Shown here: in pieces, positions 18,301-28,792 of the stretch
Position numbering within the stretch: the stretch's first letter is position 1
How the letters are laid out: every line of letters starts with the position of its first letter
DNA from: Candidatus Dormiibacterota bacterium
GTDB taxonomy: Bacteria > Chloroflexota > Dormibacteria > Aeolococcales > Aeolococcaceae
Direction: 5' to 3'
Assembly: GCA_963808125.1 (NCBI GenBank)
Contig: CAWEEP010000074.1
Coordinates: 116 to 64,115 of the forward strand
DNA: 64,000 nt
Program-made: the position numbers and the translations under genes
The notes under the pieces: model-generated
What the model was told of the DNA's origin: nothing
Database searches by the model: none
What the model saw: only the letters and a program-made list of their open reading frames with translations

Positions 18301-21300
18301 GATCCGAGTAGAGGATCCGATTGGCGAGGCGCTGGAAGAGGTGCGCCTCGGCTGGCTCAATCCCCAGGTGTGCGAGCTGGACCTGCGCCTGGGTCGATGC
18401 CAGGGTCGTCGCCCGTTCGAAGGTGCCCGATTCGCGGTACTTGTCGGCCAGATCCACGACCTCGTCCCGTGATTCGGCGACGACCGTGCTGAAGATGGCG
18501 TGAGCGGTCGCCCCGGGCGCGAGCCGGACCTGACCCCGGAGGCTGAAGATCGGATCCAGCACCGGGCCCACCGTGTTCGAGAGTGGCCGCCCGTCGATGA
18601 CCGAGACCGGGGAGCGAGCCGTCCGGCCGCGGCCGAGGAAGCGCGCGCGATCCGTCTCGTATTGGATGTCTCCGCCCGTCTGCCCCTCGATGGCCGCGAC
18701 ATGTGCCGCCCAGAGCCGGGGCTCGACGCCAGATCGTGGACGGCGGGTCGCCAACAGGGTGCTGGTGTCGGGGATGAACTCGGTCTCGACGAACAGGTTC
18801 TGGAAGGCCGGGTGGGCGATGTCGTCCGCCTGCGGCGCGAGAACGATCTCCGCGTACGACGTCAGCTCGATGTCTCGAGACTGTGACCCGAGATTGGTCA
18901 ACGACACGCGGCGGATCTCCGCATCGTGCTCCGCCGACACGACGATTGTCATCCGCGTGGCGATCGAGCCGTCGCGACGGGTGAACTCGGCGTGATCCTC
19001 GGAGTAGACGACCTCGTAGCTGTCGGCCTCAACGCCGCTGGGCTGGTGCCCTGCGGACCACACGGCGTTGGTCTTGATGTCGCGCAGGAAGAGGTAACTC
19101 CCCCACTGGTCGCGGGTCACGTCCTCGCGCCAGCGGGTCACCGCCACGTCGCGCCAGCGGCTGTAGCCGGACCCCGCCGCGGTGACCATCACCGCGTATC
19201 GTCCATTCGACAGCAGGTGCGTTCGCGGGATTGGATCGTGGGGCGAGGTGAAGCGACGGAGCACCGGCGGTACGAGATCGCGCACGTCCGCCACGCTCTT
19301 CACCTCCTCGGAGCGAGGCCTTGCCACAAGCACGTCCCGCGGCACTCGCTCCTGGAGCAGCAGCTCCGTGGCCTCGACGATCGGGTCCGCGTGGAAGCGC
19401 TCCACCATCGCGTGGTCGTTGACGACGTTGCCGAGGGCCACCAGGGCCATTCCCTGGTGATGTGCCATGTAGCTCTCCACGATGGCGACCGACGCACCTT
19501 CCGGGAGCCGACGCGCCGTGTAGTCGAGCGCCTCCCGGAAGCCGTACCGTCCGCACGCTCCGGCCTTGCTCAGCCGGGTGAAGTTCTTCGCCGCCGCCCC
19601 GGGCCGGATCATGGCTCCGAGCGCCGTCGCGTACGGGGAGACGACGAGGTCCTCGCTGAGACCCCGCTTGAGGCCCAGGCCTGGCACGCCGAAGCTCGAA
19701 TATTGGTAGTTCTGCTCGAGATCCCGCGCGTTGAAGGCCAACTCGGAGATGCCCCAGGGGACGCCGAGCTCGGAGGCGTAGCTCATCTGGCGGGCCACCA
19801 CCAGACGGTATGTCTGGCCGATCAGGCTGAGGGCCGGAGCGCGCATGACCAGTGCGGGCATCAGGTACTCGAACATGGACCCCGACCAGGAGATGAGCGC
19901 GGAGCCCCGACCGACGGGCGTCAGCGTGCGCCCGAGCCGGAACCAGTGGCGAGTCGGGACGTCCCCTTTGGCGATCGCGAGGAAGCTGGCGAGGCGGGCC
20001 TCGGAGGCGAGGAGGTCGTAGTAGCTGGGATCCAGTGTTCCGTCCTGGACGCGGAAGCCGATGGAGAGGAGCTCGCGTGTCGAATCGAACACGAGGCTGA
20101 AGTCCGTCTCCTCGAAGAGCTGCTGAGCCCGGTGGGCGATGCCCTGGAGCCGTCGAACCAGCGCCGCCGCGGCGGGCGATCCGTCCACGCCTGTGGGAAC
20201 GACCGGATCGGACAGCTCCGCGATGGTCGGGAAGGTGGACCACGGCTGTGAGGGTTGCATCAGCGCGAGGTCTCGACTGTGACTGGCCACGGCCAGCCGA
20301 GCCGCCTCGGCCCAGATCGCCACGTCACCCTCCGAACTCTCGCGACGCTCGGCGGTGAGGACCGCGACCGCCTCCATCAGGGCCTGGGCGCGAGCCGAGA
20401 GCTCGCCGAGACGCGCGGTCCACAGTTCGGGCGTCGCCGGGACGGTGGAGATGCCCGCCCTGAGGGGTGCCATGGCCTCGTCGAGGTGGCGCCGCGAGAG
20501 CGGCTTGGTTCTCCGGTCGCCGCTCATCCCGCCCGCGGCCTCGCGGGTCAACGCGATCGCGTCACCGATCCCGGCCAGCGCAGCCGCAACGGGGAGCGGC
20601 TGATCGATCATCTGGCGGCAGGCATTGGACAGGGCGAGCAGGTGCCCGGCGAGATTGCCGCTGTCCACCGAAGAGATGTACTCGGGTTGGAGCGGGCGCA
20701 GGTCGCGGGTGTCGTACCAGTTGTACAGGTGGCCGCGGAAACGCTTGAGGCTGCCGACCGTTGCCAGGGTCGCCTCCAGTCGCTCGACCATCTCCAGGGT
20801 CCCGATCCAACCGAAGTCGCGGGCCGTCACGGTGGCGAGCAGGTACATCCCAATGTTCGTCGGCGAGGTGCGGTGCGCGACGACCGGCTGGGGATCCTCC
20901 TGGAAGTTGTCGGGGGGTAGCCCGTGGTCCTCCGGTCCGACGAAGGCCTCGAAGAAGCGCCATGTCCGGCGCGCGGTCAGGCGCAGCGCCGCGACATCGG
21001 CGAGTGAGAGCTGAGCCGCATCGGATTCGCTGGGCGGGAGGCTGACCCAGCGGGCGACGGCGGGCGAGAGCAGCCACAGGGCGACGAAGGGCCCGGCGAT
21101 CCAGCCGGCGCCGGGTTTCAGCGTGAGAACGAGTGCCGCGGCGGCGGCCGCGATCACGACGGCCCCCCCCATGTGCCGGTAGAACCCCCCCAGGCCAAGG
21201 TCGTGGCTGGCCTTGGCCTCCGCGGCGGTGGTCCATTCGAGCAGCTTCCGCCGCGTTGCATAGAGACGCGTCAGGGTTCGCACGATGGCGTCGGCCATCA

Positions 21301-24040
21301 GCCACGCCTGATGTGCGAGGAAGGTGATGCCGAGTGCCACCTGGGCCGCCGCCAGGGCGATGTCCCGGTTCACGGCTCGAAGGTGGCTGCGCTTGGAGAT
21401 GCCCTGCCGTTGCCGTCGCAGACCACCCGGGATGGGCACTGCCGCCGGGAGGATCACCGTGATGAGGACGAAGGCGGTCCACAGGCCGGCCGAGACCCCG
21501 GGCAGGGTCCAGGCCGCGACCAGCGTGGCCAGTGTGAGCGGCGCCAGCGCCGTCCGCCGGAGGTTGTCCACCATCTTCCACCGGGAGATGGCGGGGATCG
21601 AGCCCACGCTTCGCCGGCCGGCGGCGTCGCGGGCCCGGCCGACGATCCAGGGCAGGAGTTGCCAGTCACCCCTCGCCCATCGGTGCTGGCGGGCGGCTGA
21701 GACCAGGTAGTTCGAAGGGAATTCGTCGAAGAGCTCGACATCGGTGACGAGCCCGGCCCGCGCGAATGCCCCCTCGAACAGGTCATGGCTCAGCAATGCG
21801 TTCTCGGGGACCCGACCCGCCATGGCCGCCCCGAAGGCGTCGAGATCGTAGATGCCCTTGCCGGTGAAGCTGCCTTCCCGGAAGAGGTCCTGGTACACGT
21901 CGGAGACCGCGGAGGCGTACGGGTCGATCCCGGCCGACCCGGAGAAGCTGCTTCTGAAGATCGAGGTTTCGCGCTCCGACGGGAGCGTCGGGGTGATGCG
22001 CGGCTGGAGGAGACCGTAGCCCTCGGTCACCCGGCCGAGCCGCGCATCGAAGGTCGGCCGGTTGAGGGGGTGGGCGATGGTCCCGACAAGGCGTCCCACC
22101 GCGCCCCGGGGCAGCCGGGTGTCGGCGTCGAGCACGACCACGTAGCGCACCCCTTGAGGCGGCGTCGACGACGCCCGCCCGGTGGTCAGGATGCCGGTGG
22201 TGGCCGAGCCGTGGAGGAGGGCGTTCAGTTCGTGCAGCTTCCCGCGCTTGCGCTCCCAGCCCATCCAGCAGCCTTCGGACGCGTTCCAACTCCGCTTCCT
22301 GTGGAAGAGCAGGAAGCGTGCCCCTCCCCCTGGGATCTCGCCATGGCGCTCGTTGAGCCGGTCGATTGCCGCCGCCGCGGTCGAGAGGAGGTCATCGTCG
22401 CCGGGGACATCCTGGGTCGGCGAGTCGAGCCAGTCGGACAGCAGAGCGAACCGGACGTCGCCCTCACCGTTGCCCAGGTAGTGGACCTCGAGGCGGCCGA
22501 CCTGCGCCTCGATGTCCGCGTCACTGGTGAGAAGCGTCGGCACGACGACGAGCGTGCGCAGCTGGGACGGCACGCCCTCGTCGAGATCGAGCCGGGGCAG
22601 TGCTGTTGGGCCGATGACCTTGGTGAGCGCCCAGTTGACGAGGGCGATGGCGAGGTCGGCGGCCGGGGCGACGGCCAGGATGGCGAGGACGACGATGCCG
22701 GCAACGGAGGGGCCTCGATTCCTGGACAGGAGGATTGGCACGGCGAGGATGAGCGCCGTGACGAGGGCGAAGGTTCCGAGGTAACCACGCGTGGCCGCCC
22801 GGATGTAGGCACGCCGCACTCGATCCGCTGCCGGCACCCGAACACGCAGGGAACGCTCGAATGCGGGGCGGCCGTCGGAGATCAGGTAGTAGGTGGGATC
22901 CCGCAGCCGAACGGCGTGCGACGGGGCGGCACCGTCGTCAGACGGCGCTTCGTCCGCCATCGCCACGGCCAAGCGGCCGACCTCGACCTCGCCGCGGCCC
23001 GAACCTCGCGCCAGTTCCTCCACAGCGTGCCGGCAGCGATCTCTGGTCGCGAAATCCATCTCCGCGAAGGAATCGCGGGCGCTCAGCACGTCGTCGACCA
23101 GGCTGACGCCCTCGACGAACTGAGCCCAGTCGAACCAGGAGATGAGGCGCATGCTCGTGATCACGTTCCGGACGGTCACGTTCATGGTCGCCTGGCGCTG
23201 ATGCTCCAGTCGGACCATCTCCTCGGCGGTGGTCCCCTCGGCGGCCAGAACCTCCTCCTGCCAGCGGAGGGTGGGGGAGACTGCCGGATCCTGATCGCGC
23301 AGGCGCTGGAAGAGCTGAACCCGGGCCTCCTTCGGGAGCGCCGCCGGGGAGAGACGGCGGAGAGCTGCGCTGGCGACCTCTGGTTTGTCCTTGCCCACGC
23401 CGAGGAGGCTGTCGGCGAGCTCGTCGACGGCCTGCCGCACCGCCCGGCTGCGGACGATCTGGTCGGCGACCCGGCGGAGATTGTCGACGAGGAGGATGCG
23501 GAGGCTGATCGCGATCGCCCAGAGCTCGCCGATGGTGAGCGGTGTGACCTCCTGGTACGCGCGCACCATGCGCCGCAGGCTCTCCGGGTCGAAGCGGCTG
23601 TCCGTGTGCGCGATGTAGGCCCAGGCGAGCCCCATGACCCTGGGGTAGCCGGCGAGATGACCCTCACCGAGCTTGGGGAGCACGCGGTAGTAGTCCGGGG
23701 GCAGGTCGTCGCGGATCTCGCGGAGCTGCTCGTCGACGATGGGGAAGTTGTCGACCAGCCATTCGGCGGCCGGCGTGATCGAACGCTCGTCCTTTATAGC
23801 CCTGGCCAGGATGCGGTACGACTCCAGCAGAACGCGGCCGTTGTCGGCCGTGCGGGGCCAAGCGGCGTGCCCCCGGCGTGGCGCGTCGGTGACCGTTTGC
23901 GCCAACGCAAGGGTCCGGGCGTGCTCCTCGAGCCGCTCCACGCTGAAGAGTTCCGCGAGGATCGTCTCCTCGATCGGCGGCTGCGGGCGAGCCCGTCGGC
24001 GATCACCGGACAGCTCTCGCAAGGGCTGCGTCGATCTCAC
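15385..24040 (-). pseudogene. ndvB: cyclic beta-1,2-glucan synthase (NdvB/Cgs type: GT84 glycosyltransferase + GH94 phosphorylase); about a dozen frame changes confined to 15940..16880
   Basis: ORF 16334..24040 is intact for about 2390 codons and has an NdvB-like N-terminus (AEWLVDNFPIVDEQLREIRDDLPPDYY), a TM-embedded GT domain and a large central region. GH94 blocks continue in alternating frames: [148 protein letters not shown] ... WTWYTGSAGWMY, down to the stop at 15385. Confidence 0.88.
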
Positions 24041-24306
24041 CCTCGCATTGCTCGCTGATTGTCGAAACGTGACGTTGCAGAGGTGGGCGTGAACTCTTGC
24101 CGGTCGGACCGCTGCAGGTGGAGCCGCAAAGTGGTCAGTTGGAGCCCAATGGAACTCGCCTTGCGTCCGGACCGTCGCTCGAATCGGCGCGCCCGTGGAT
24201 GCCCGGGATCACGATGAGGTCGGCGGGGGATGCCGCGACGCCCCTCCGGGGGTGCAACGCGAAGGCGACGACGACGACGCCCACGCCGCCGGTGCGCCCT
24301 AGTCGG

Positions 24307-24324
24307 GGCGACGATGACGTCGCC
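24307..24324 (-). terminator. hairpin GGCGACG-ATGA-CGTCGCC abutting the stop codon of the putative toxin gene
   Basis: Perfect 7-bp stem with a 4-nt loop directly 3' of the ORF 24325..24816 stop. No U-tract. Confidence 0.35.
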
Positions 24325-24816
24325 TCACGCCACGGGAACTCGCGCCTGCCACTCGGCGCAGGGCTCGCACAGGGTGCGAACTCCGATCGGGCTGCGTTCC
24401 GTCCCGGCGGAGTCGGCCTCTGGGCTCACGAAGCCGAAGCCGATGTCTCCCTCGCCGCAGCTACGGCAGTGCACCGAATTGGGGAGGGTGTTGAAGCAGA
24501 ATCGGTCGCCCTGGATGACCAGCTCCCGGCGCGGATGCGGGTTGAAGCTGGCGGCGGAGATGAGGTGGCGCTTCGATCCGGGAGGCGCCTCCGGCCCCGG
24601 CCAGTCGGCGGTGGGATGGAAGCCGCAGATGACCTCGAGCTGGCCCGATAGGCCGTGGCGCCGCACGGCGACGACGGGGACCGGCAGGCCGTCGCCAGTG
24701 CTGTGCCCGGGGACCGGGTGGGGCAGCACCTGCCACCGATCTCCGCCGGGGTGCCCGGGGGCCTGCCCGGCCGGCGTCCTCGCGCCGCGGACGAAACGCG
24801 CCAGCCTAGAGGTCAC
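24325..24816 (-). CDS. putative toxin partner of the Phd/YefM antitoxin; unknown family with C-terminal CxxC...CxxC zinc ribbon
   Basis: 163-aa ORF with strong third-position G/C. Its start overlaps the antitoxin stop by 11 nt. The N-terminal GDRWQVLPHPVPGHSTGDGLPVPVVAV is loosely MazF/PemK-like. The C-terminus has HCRSCGEG ... LCEPCAEW. Confidence 0.5.
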   Translation of the reverse strand: MTSRLARFVRGARTPAGQAPGHPGGDRWQVLPHPVPGHSTGDGLPVPVVAVRRHGLSGQLEVICGFHPTADWPGPEAPPGSKRHLISAASFNPHPRRELVIQGDRFCFNTLPNSVHCRSCGEGDIGFGFVSPEADSAGTERSPIGVRTLCEPCAEWQARVPVA

Positions 24817-25078
24817 GGAGGCCGTTCCGCGGATGCTTCGGCACCGAGGTCACTGCATGGGGGGCGGCGCCGGCCATGAAGTCCGGCGCCTGGGTGAGGA
24901 TCCAGTCCTCGAGGGCAACCTCGTTGATCGGGATGAGGGCGACCACGGGCCTGCCATTGCGGGTCACAAGGGCGGGACGGCCGGACGATTGGACCCCCTG
25001 GATCACCGACGTGGTGTTCCGGGCGAGATCGCGAACGCTGACGGTCGGCACGAGGCCAGCATACGCCTTGTCAGACAA
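24806..25078 (-). CDS. type II antitoxin, Phd/YefM family
   Basis: VSVRDLARNTTSVIQGVQSSGRPALVTRNGRPVVALIPINE is the canonical Phd/YefM N-terminal domain. Confidence 0.8.
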   Translation of the reverse strand: MSDKAYAGLVPTVSVRDLARNTTSVIQGVQSSGRPALVTRNGRPVVALIPINEVALEDWILTQAPDFMAGAAPHAVTSVPKHPRNGLRDL

Positions 25079-25234
25079 TTGTCAGTCGTTGGACGGGCCG
25101 CCCCCGAACCGTGAGCCAGGCGATCCCGCCCGGCCCGCCGGCCTCCTGGGGCAGCCCCGACTGCCCGATCGCATCGAAGCGTCGAGGGCGGGCCGCCCCC
25201 ATCCCGATGGCATGCTCGGAGCGAATGAGGGGTT

Positions 25235-25310
25235 TGGCTGGGGAGGTAGGATTCGAACCTACGATTGGCTGATCCAGAGTCAAGCTGCCTTACCACTTGG
25301 CCACTCCCCA
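25235..25310 (-). tRNA. tRNA-Gln (anticodon CUG), CCA encoded; apparent 1-nt insertion in the anticodon stem
   Basis: Reverse complement TGGGGAGTGGCCAAGTGGTAAGGCAGCTTGACTCTGGATCAGCCAATCGTAGGTTCGAATCCTACCTCCCCAGCCA. Acceptor TGGGGAG/CTCCCCA (U1:A72), discriminator G, T-arm GTAGG-TTCGAAT-CCTAC, loop CTCTGGA. The stem GCTTGA/TCAGC becomes a perfect GCTGA/TCAGC if one T is removed. Confidence 0.9.
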
Positions 25311-25455
25311 GCGGCGCTGGCGAGTTTACCCGTCCCCCCTGCCGGGCAGGATCCCCACAAGCGCGCCGGCCCGGGCCCCGTGGGGGCCCGGCGCTCTCGC
25401 CGGCCGCCCATTAGCTCGGTTGGATGAACCGTCCCCCGGGCATATACTGGGTTTT

Positions 25456-25797
25456 ATGGACCTCGCCGAGCTGCTCAGATCGCATGCCCGCCGCTATCGC
25501 TGCGCCCAATGCGGAGGGAACATGGCGGATTGCGGCATCAACGTGATCGCCCAGCAGGGCAACCGCGCCCTGGTCCGCGTGACCTGCCCCACCTGCAACG
25601 ACGAGAACCTGCTCCAGATCATCTTCCAGACCGAGGGCGACGCCTCGGCGGGCGACGCTCGGGAGGCGTCCAGCGCCAGCCTTGACGAGGGCTACCCGGC
25701 GGTCACCGGGCCCATCACCGGGGACGAGGTCCTGGAAGTCCACGAGTTGCTGGCGGGCCACGCTGGCAGCCTCGGGGAGCTGCTCGCCCGGCGCTGA
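25456..25797 (+). CDS. hypothetical zinc-ribbon protein
   Basis: Internal ATG of track ORF 25297..25797, preceded by an AT-rich stretch. Contains CAQCGG ... CPTCND. Confidence 0.55.
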   Translation: MDLAELLRSHARRYRCAQCGGNMADCGINVIAQQGNRALVRVTCPTCNDENLLQIIFQTEGDASAGDAREASSASLDEGYPAVTGPITGDEVLEVHELLAGHAGSLGELLARR

Positions 25798-25843
25798 GGC
25801 CGGCGTCACGCTCTGACCGGCCGTCCATGAACGGCGGCCGCCG

Positions 25844-26628
25844 TCACCGACGCCGGTTGGCCGCCGCCCTCCTGTCGGGCAGCGATCGCCGGATCCGAAG
25901 GCGGAAGACGAAGAGTTCCTTGATGGCACGGGCGATGGCCGCGGTCGCGCGCCGGAGCGTCGCCCCGCGACGCGGGGGTGATGGGGGATGGGGGCCTGGG
26001 CGATCCGCCAGCCCGCGTAGCGCGCCTTGTAGTAGAGCTCGGCGTTGATCAGGGCGCTGTGCGCCTCCAGGGTCACGGAGTTGAGGACCTCGCGGCGCAT
26101 CAGCTTCAGAGCGCAGTCCACGTCCCGGTAGGGAAGCCGGTAGAGGATGGCGACCAGGGTGTTGAAGACCCAGCTGACGACCTCGCGGGCGCGTGCATCC
26201 TGGCGCTTCTCCCGCCATCCCGCCGCCAGGTCGGCGCGGTCGAGAAGCGGGGCGAGCCGCGCGATATCGGCGATCTCGAATTGCCCGTCGGCGTCGGTGA
26301 AGGCGACGAAGTCGCCGGTGGCGGCACGCAGGCCGTCCCCCACCGTGGCGCCGTAGCCGCTCTTCTGCTTGTGACGGACGATGGTGAGCCGCAAGCCCAG
26401 CTCCGCCGCCAGAGCGGTCGCGGCGGCGCCACTGCCGTCTGTGCTTCCGTCGTCCACGATGACCACGTCGTAACGGACGGCGATGGTGGGCAGCACGTCC
26501 GCGGCGTGGGGCAGCAGCCAGCGGAGGTTCTCCACCTCGTTGTGGACGGGGAGCACCAGCGTCAGGCCGCTGAGGAGCGGCCCGCTCGGTTGCCCGGCGG
26601 GCTCGCTTTCGGGTTGCGCGGCGGTCAC
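25844..26628 (-). CDS. GT2 glycosyltransferase, polyprenol-phosphate sugar synthase (DPM/DPG-synthase-like); one frameshift near 25965-25980
   Basis: LTLVLPVHNEVENL, VVIVDDGSTDGS, FTDADGQF, DVDCALKLMRREVL. The C-terminal amphipathic tail TLRRATAAIARAIKELFVFRLRIRR lies in ORF 25844..26218. The GTG start overlaps the sqdB stop (GTGA). Confidence 0.8.
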
Positions 26629-27836
26629 CCCGTGATGGCGGTGGCGAGCGGCGGAGCGGCGGGCTCCCCCGTGTAGAGGCCGCCGCCCTTGCGCCAGTCG
26701 ACCTTCGCGTCGACGGTGTTCCGCCGCACCCTGTGGATGTTCGTCTCCACCGTCTGGACGACGCTGTCGATGAGCGTGTCGCTCAGCGAGTGCGGCTCCA
26801 GGCCGAGGTCGAGGAGGTGCTGGTGCTTGGCGTTGTAGTAGTGCTCCTCCTTCTCCCGCCGCGGGTTCTCGACGTGGTGGATCGTGGTCGGCAGCCCGTG
26901 AGCGGCGCGCGCGTGGGCCACCTTCTCCGCCAGACCCAGCACCGAGAACTGCTCGGTGAACTGGTTGTAGACGCGGTACTCCCCCGCCGCCGGCGGGTTG
27001 AGGGATGCCAGTTCGATGCAGCGCACCGTGTCCCGGATGTCCAGGAAACCCCTCGTCTGCCCGCCTTTGCCGTAGACGCTGAGCGGCTCGCCGATTGCCG
27101 CTTCGACGCAGAAGCGGTTGAGCACGGTTCCCCAGATGCCGTCGTAGTCGAAGCGGGTGGTCAGGTCGGGATGCAGCGCCGTCTCGGCGGTGGTGATCCC
27201 GTACACGACCCCCTGGTTCAGGTCGGTGGCCCGCAGATCCCAGATGCGGCAGCCGAAGTCGAGGTTGTGGCTGTCGTGCACCTTGGACAGGTGGTAGACC
27301 GATCCCGGCTGCTTCGGATAGAGCATGCGATCGTGGCGCCCGTTGTGGTCGACTTCGAGGAAGCCCTCCTCGATGTCGATGTTGGGGGTGCCGTACTCGC
27401 CCATCGTGCCCAGCTTGATGAGGTGGCACTGAGGGGCGCGGTCGCGCAGGGCATAGAGCAGACGGAGAGTGCCGACGACGTTGTTGACCTGCGTCTCCAC
27501 GCCGTGCCGGGGGCTGATCATCGAGTACGGAGCGGAGCGCTGCTCGGCGAAGTGGACGACGGCGTCGGGCGGGGAGGCGCCGATGAGCTCGTCCAACGCT
27601 CCCTCGTCGCAGAGGTCGAACTCGTGCCATTCGATGGTCCGCCCGCTCACCTCGTGCCAGCGGGCAAGCCGCTCCGCCATGGAGGCGATGGCCACCAGGC
27701 TGTCGGTGCCGCACTCGACGTCCCAGTGCCGGCGGATCAGGCTATCGACGGCCACGACGTCGTGCCCACGTGCGGACAGGTGCAGGGCCGTCGGCCATCC
27801 GAGGTATCCGTCGGCACCCAGGACCACGATGCGCAT
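26625..27836 (-). CDS. sqdB: UDP-sulfoquinovose synthase (SQD1/SqdB)
   Basis: 403-aa intact ORF, near-collinear with plant and cyanobacterial SQD1 as I recall it. GADGYLGWPTALHLS, HFAEQRSAPYSMI, LGTMGEYGTPNIDIEEGF, YPKQPGSVYHLSKVHDSHN, RATDLNQGVVYG, VYGKGGQTRGFLDIRDTV, YNQFTEQFSV, EEHYYNAKH. Confidence 0.92.
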   Translation of the reverse strand: MRIVVLGADGYLGWPTALHLSARGHDVVAVDSLIRRHWDVECGTDSLVAIASMAERLARWHEVSGRTIEWHEFDLCDEGALDELIGASPPDAVVHFAEQRSAPYSMISPRHGVETQVNNVVGTLRLLYALRDRAPQCHLIKLGTMGEYGTPNIDIEEGFLEVDHNGRHDRMLYPKQPGSVYHLSKVHDSHNLDFGCRIWDLRATDLNQGVVYGITTAETALHPDLTTRFDYDGIWGTVLNRFCVEAAIGEPLSVYGKGGQTRGFLDIRDTVRCIELASLNPPAAGEYRVYNQFTEQFSVLGLAEKVAHARAAHGLPTTIHHVENPRREKEEHYYNAKHQHLLDLGLEPHSLSDTLIDSVVQTVETNIHRVRRNTVDAKVDWRKGGGLYTGEPAAPPLATAITG

Positions 27837-27838
27837 CC

Positions 27839-28792
27839 TCAGATCTCCCGGTTGGCCAGCCTTGAGGTGGCCGATGATGGCGGCTCGGCGAAGTACCGGT
27901 AGGTCTCCGCGAGGCCCTGCTCAAGTGAAGTTTGCGACTCCCAGCTGAGCCGCCGCTGAGCGCGGTCGCTGTTCAGGCAGGCCCGCGCCACCTCTCCGGG
28001 CCGCGCCGGCAGCATCTCGGGCTGGAGCGGCTGCCCCGACGCCCGGACGAGCTCGGCGACGATGTCGCGGACGTTCGTCTCCCGGCCGGTCCCCACGTTC
28101 ACTGGCCCGCTCTCAGTCGCCGTCAGCGCGGCCCGGGTGGCCCGGGCGACGTCGCGAACGTAGATGAAGTCGCGGGTCTGGAGACCGTCGCCGTAAATCA
28201 CCGGCCGCAGCCCCTGGGTCAGCCGGGTGGCCGAGATGGCCACCACACCGGCCTCACCGGTCCCGTCCTGACGGGGTCCGTAGACGTTGCCGTAGCGCAG
28301 GGCGATGGTGCGCAGGCCCCGGCGGCGGTAGGTCCAGAGGTAGGTCTCCTCGCACAGCTTCTCCGTGCCGTAAGCGGACATGGGCGCCGGCACCAGGTCC
28401 TCGGAGGCGGGGAGATGCTCCGCCTCGCCGTAGATGGCTCCGCCCGAGGAGGCGATGACGATCGCCTCGCACCCCGCCTGCGCCGCCGCCTCGAAGCAGC
28501 CGACCGAACTGGCGAGGACCCGGCGCACGTGGTCGCCGGGGTCGCGGAGGGCCCGGTTGACACCACCCTTGGCGGCGAGGTGGACCAGGGTCTCGGGTTT
28601 GAAGCGCAGGAGCGCCTCCGCCGCCTCCGGGCCGCCGGCGTCCGCCACCAGCATCTCGACGGCTCCGGGGAGGCTGACGCCGCAGGGATGGGAGAGATCG
28701 TCGATCACCAGGACGGCCAGTCCGTCCGCGGCCAGCATCTCGACGAGGTGGCTGCCGATGAACCCGGCGCCGCCGACCACGGCCACACGCAT
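27839..28792 (-). CDS. NAD-dependent sugar epimerase/dehydratase (UDP-glucose 4-epimerase-like SDR)
   Basis: MRVAVVGGAGFIGSHLV, the SAYGTEK catalytic YxxxK, RYGNVYGPRQ, RDFIYVRDV. Its ATG overlaps the upstream gene's stop (ATGA). Confidence 0.85.
   Translation of the reverse strand: MRVAVVGGAGFIGSHLVEMLAADGLAVLVIDDLSHPCGVSLPGAVEMLVADAGGPEAAEALLRFKPETLVHLAAKGGVNRALRDPGDHVRRVLASSVGCFEAAAQAGCEAIVIASSGGAIYGEAEHLPASEDLVPAPMSAYGTEKLCEETYLWTYRRRGLRTIALRYGNVYGPRQDGTGEAGVVAISATRLTQGLRPVIYGDGLQTRDFIYVRDVARATRAALTATESGPVNVGTGRETNVRDIVAELVRASGQPLQPEMLPARPGEVARACLNSDRAQRRLSWESQTSLEQGLAETYRYFAEPPSSATSRLANREI

Noticed and set aside
25095-25205. Direct repeat CGGGCCGCCCCC (about 25096 and about 25189) near the 3' side of tRNA-Gln, as a possible att site flanking the toxin-antitoxin module.
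   Set aside because: The repeat is a 12-nt GC-only word in a very GC-rich genome. Both copies lie on the same side of the TA pair, so they do not flank it. No integrase is present.
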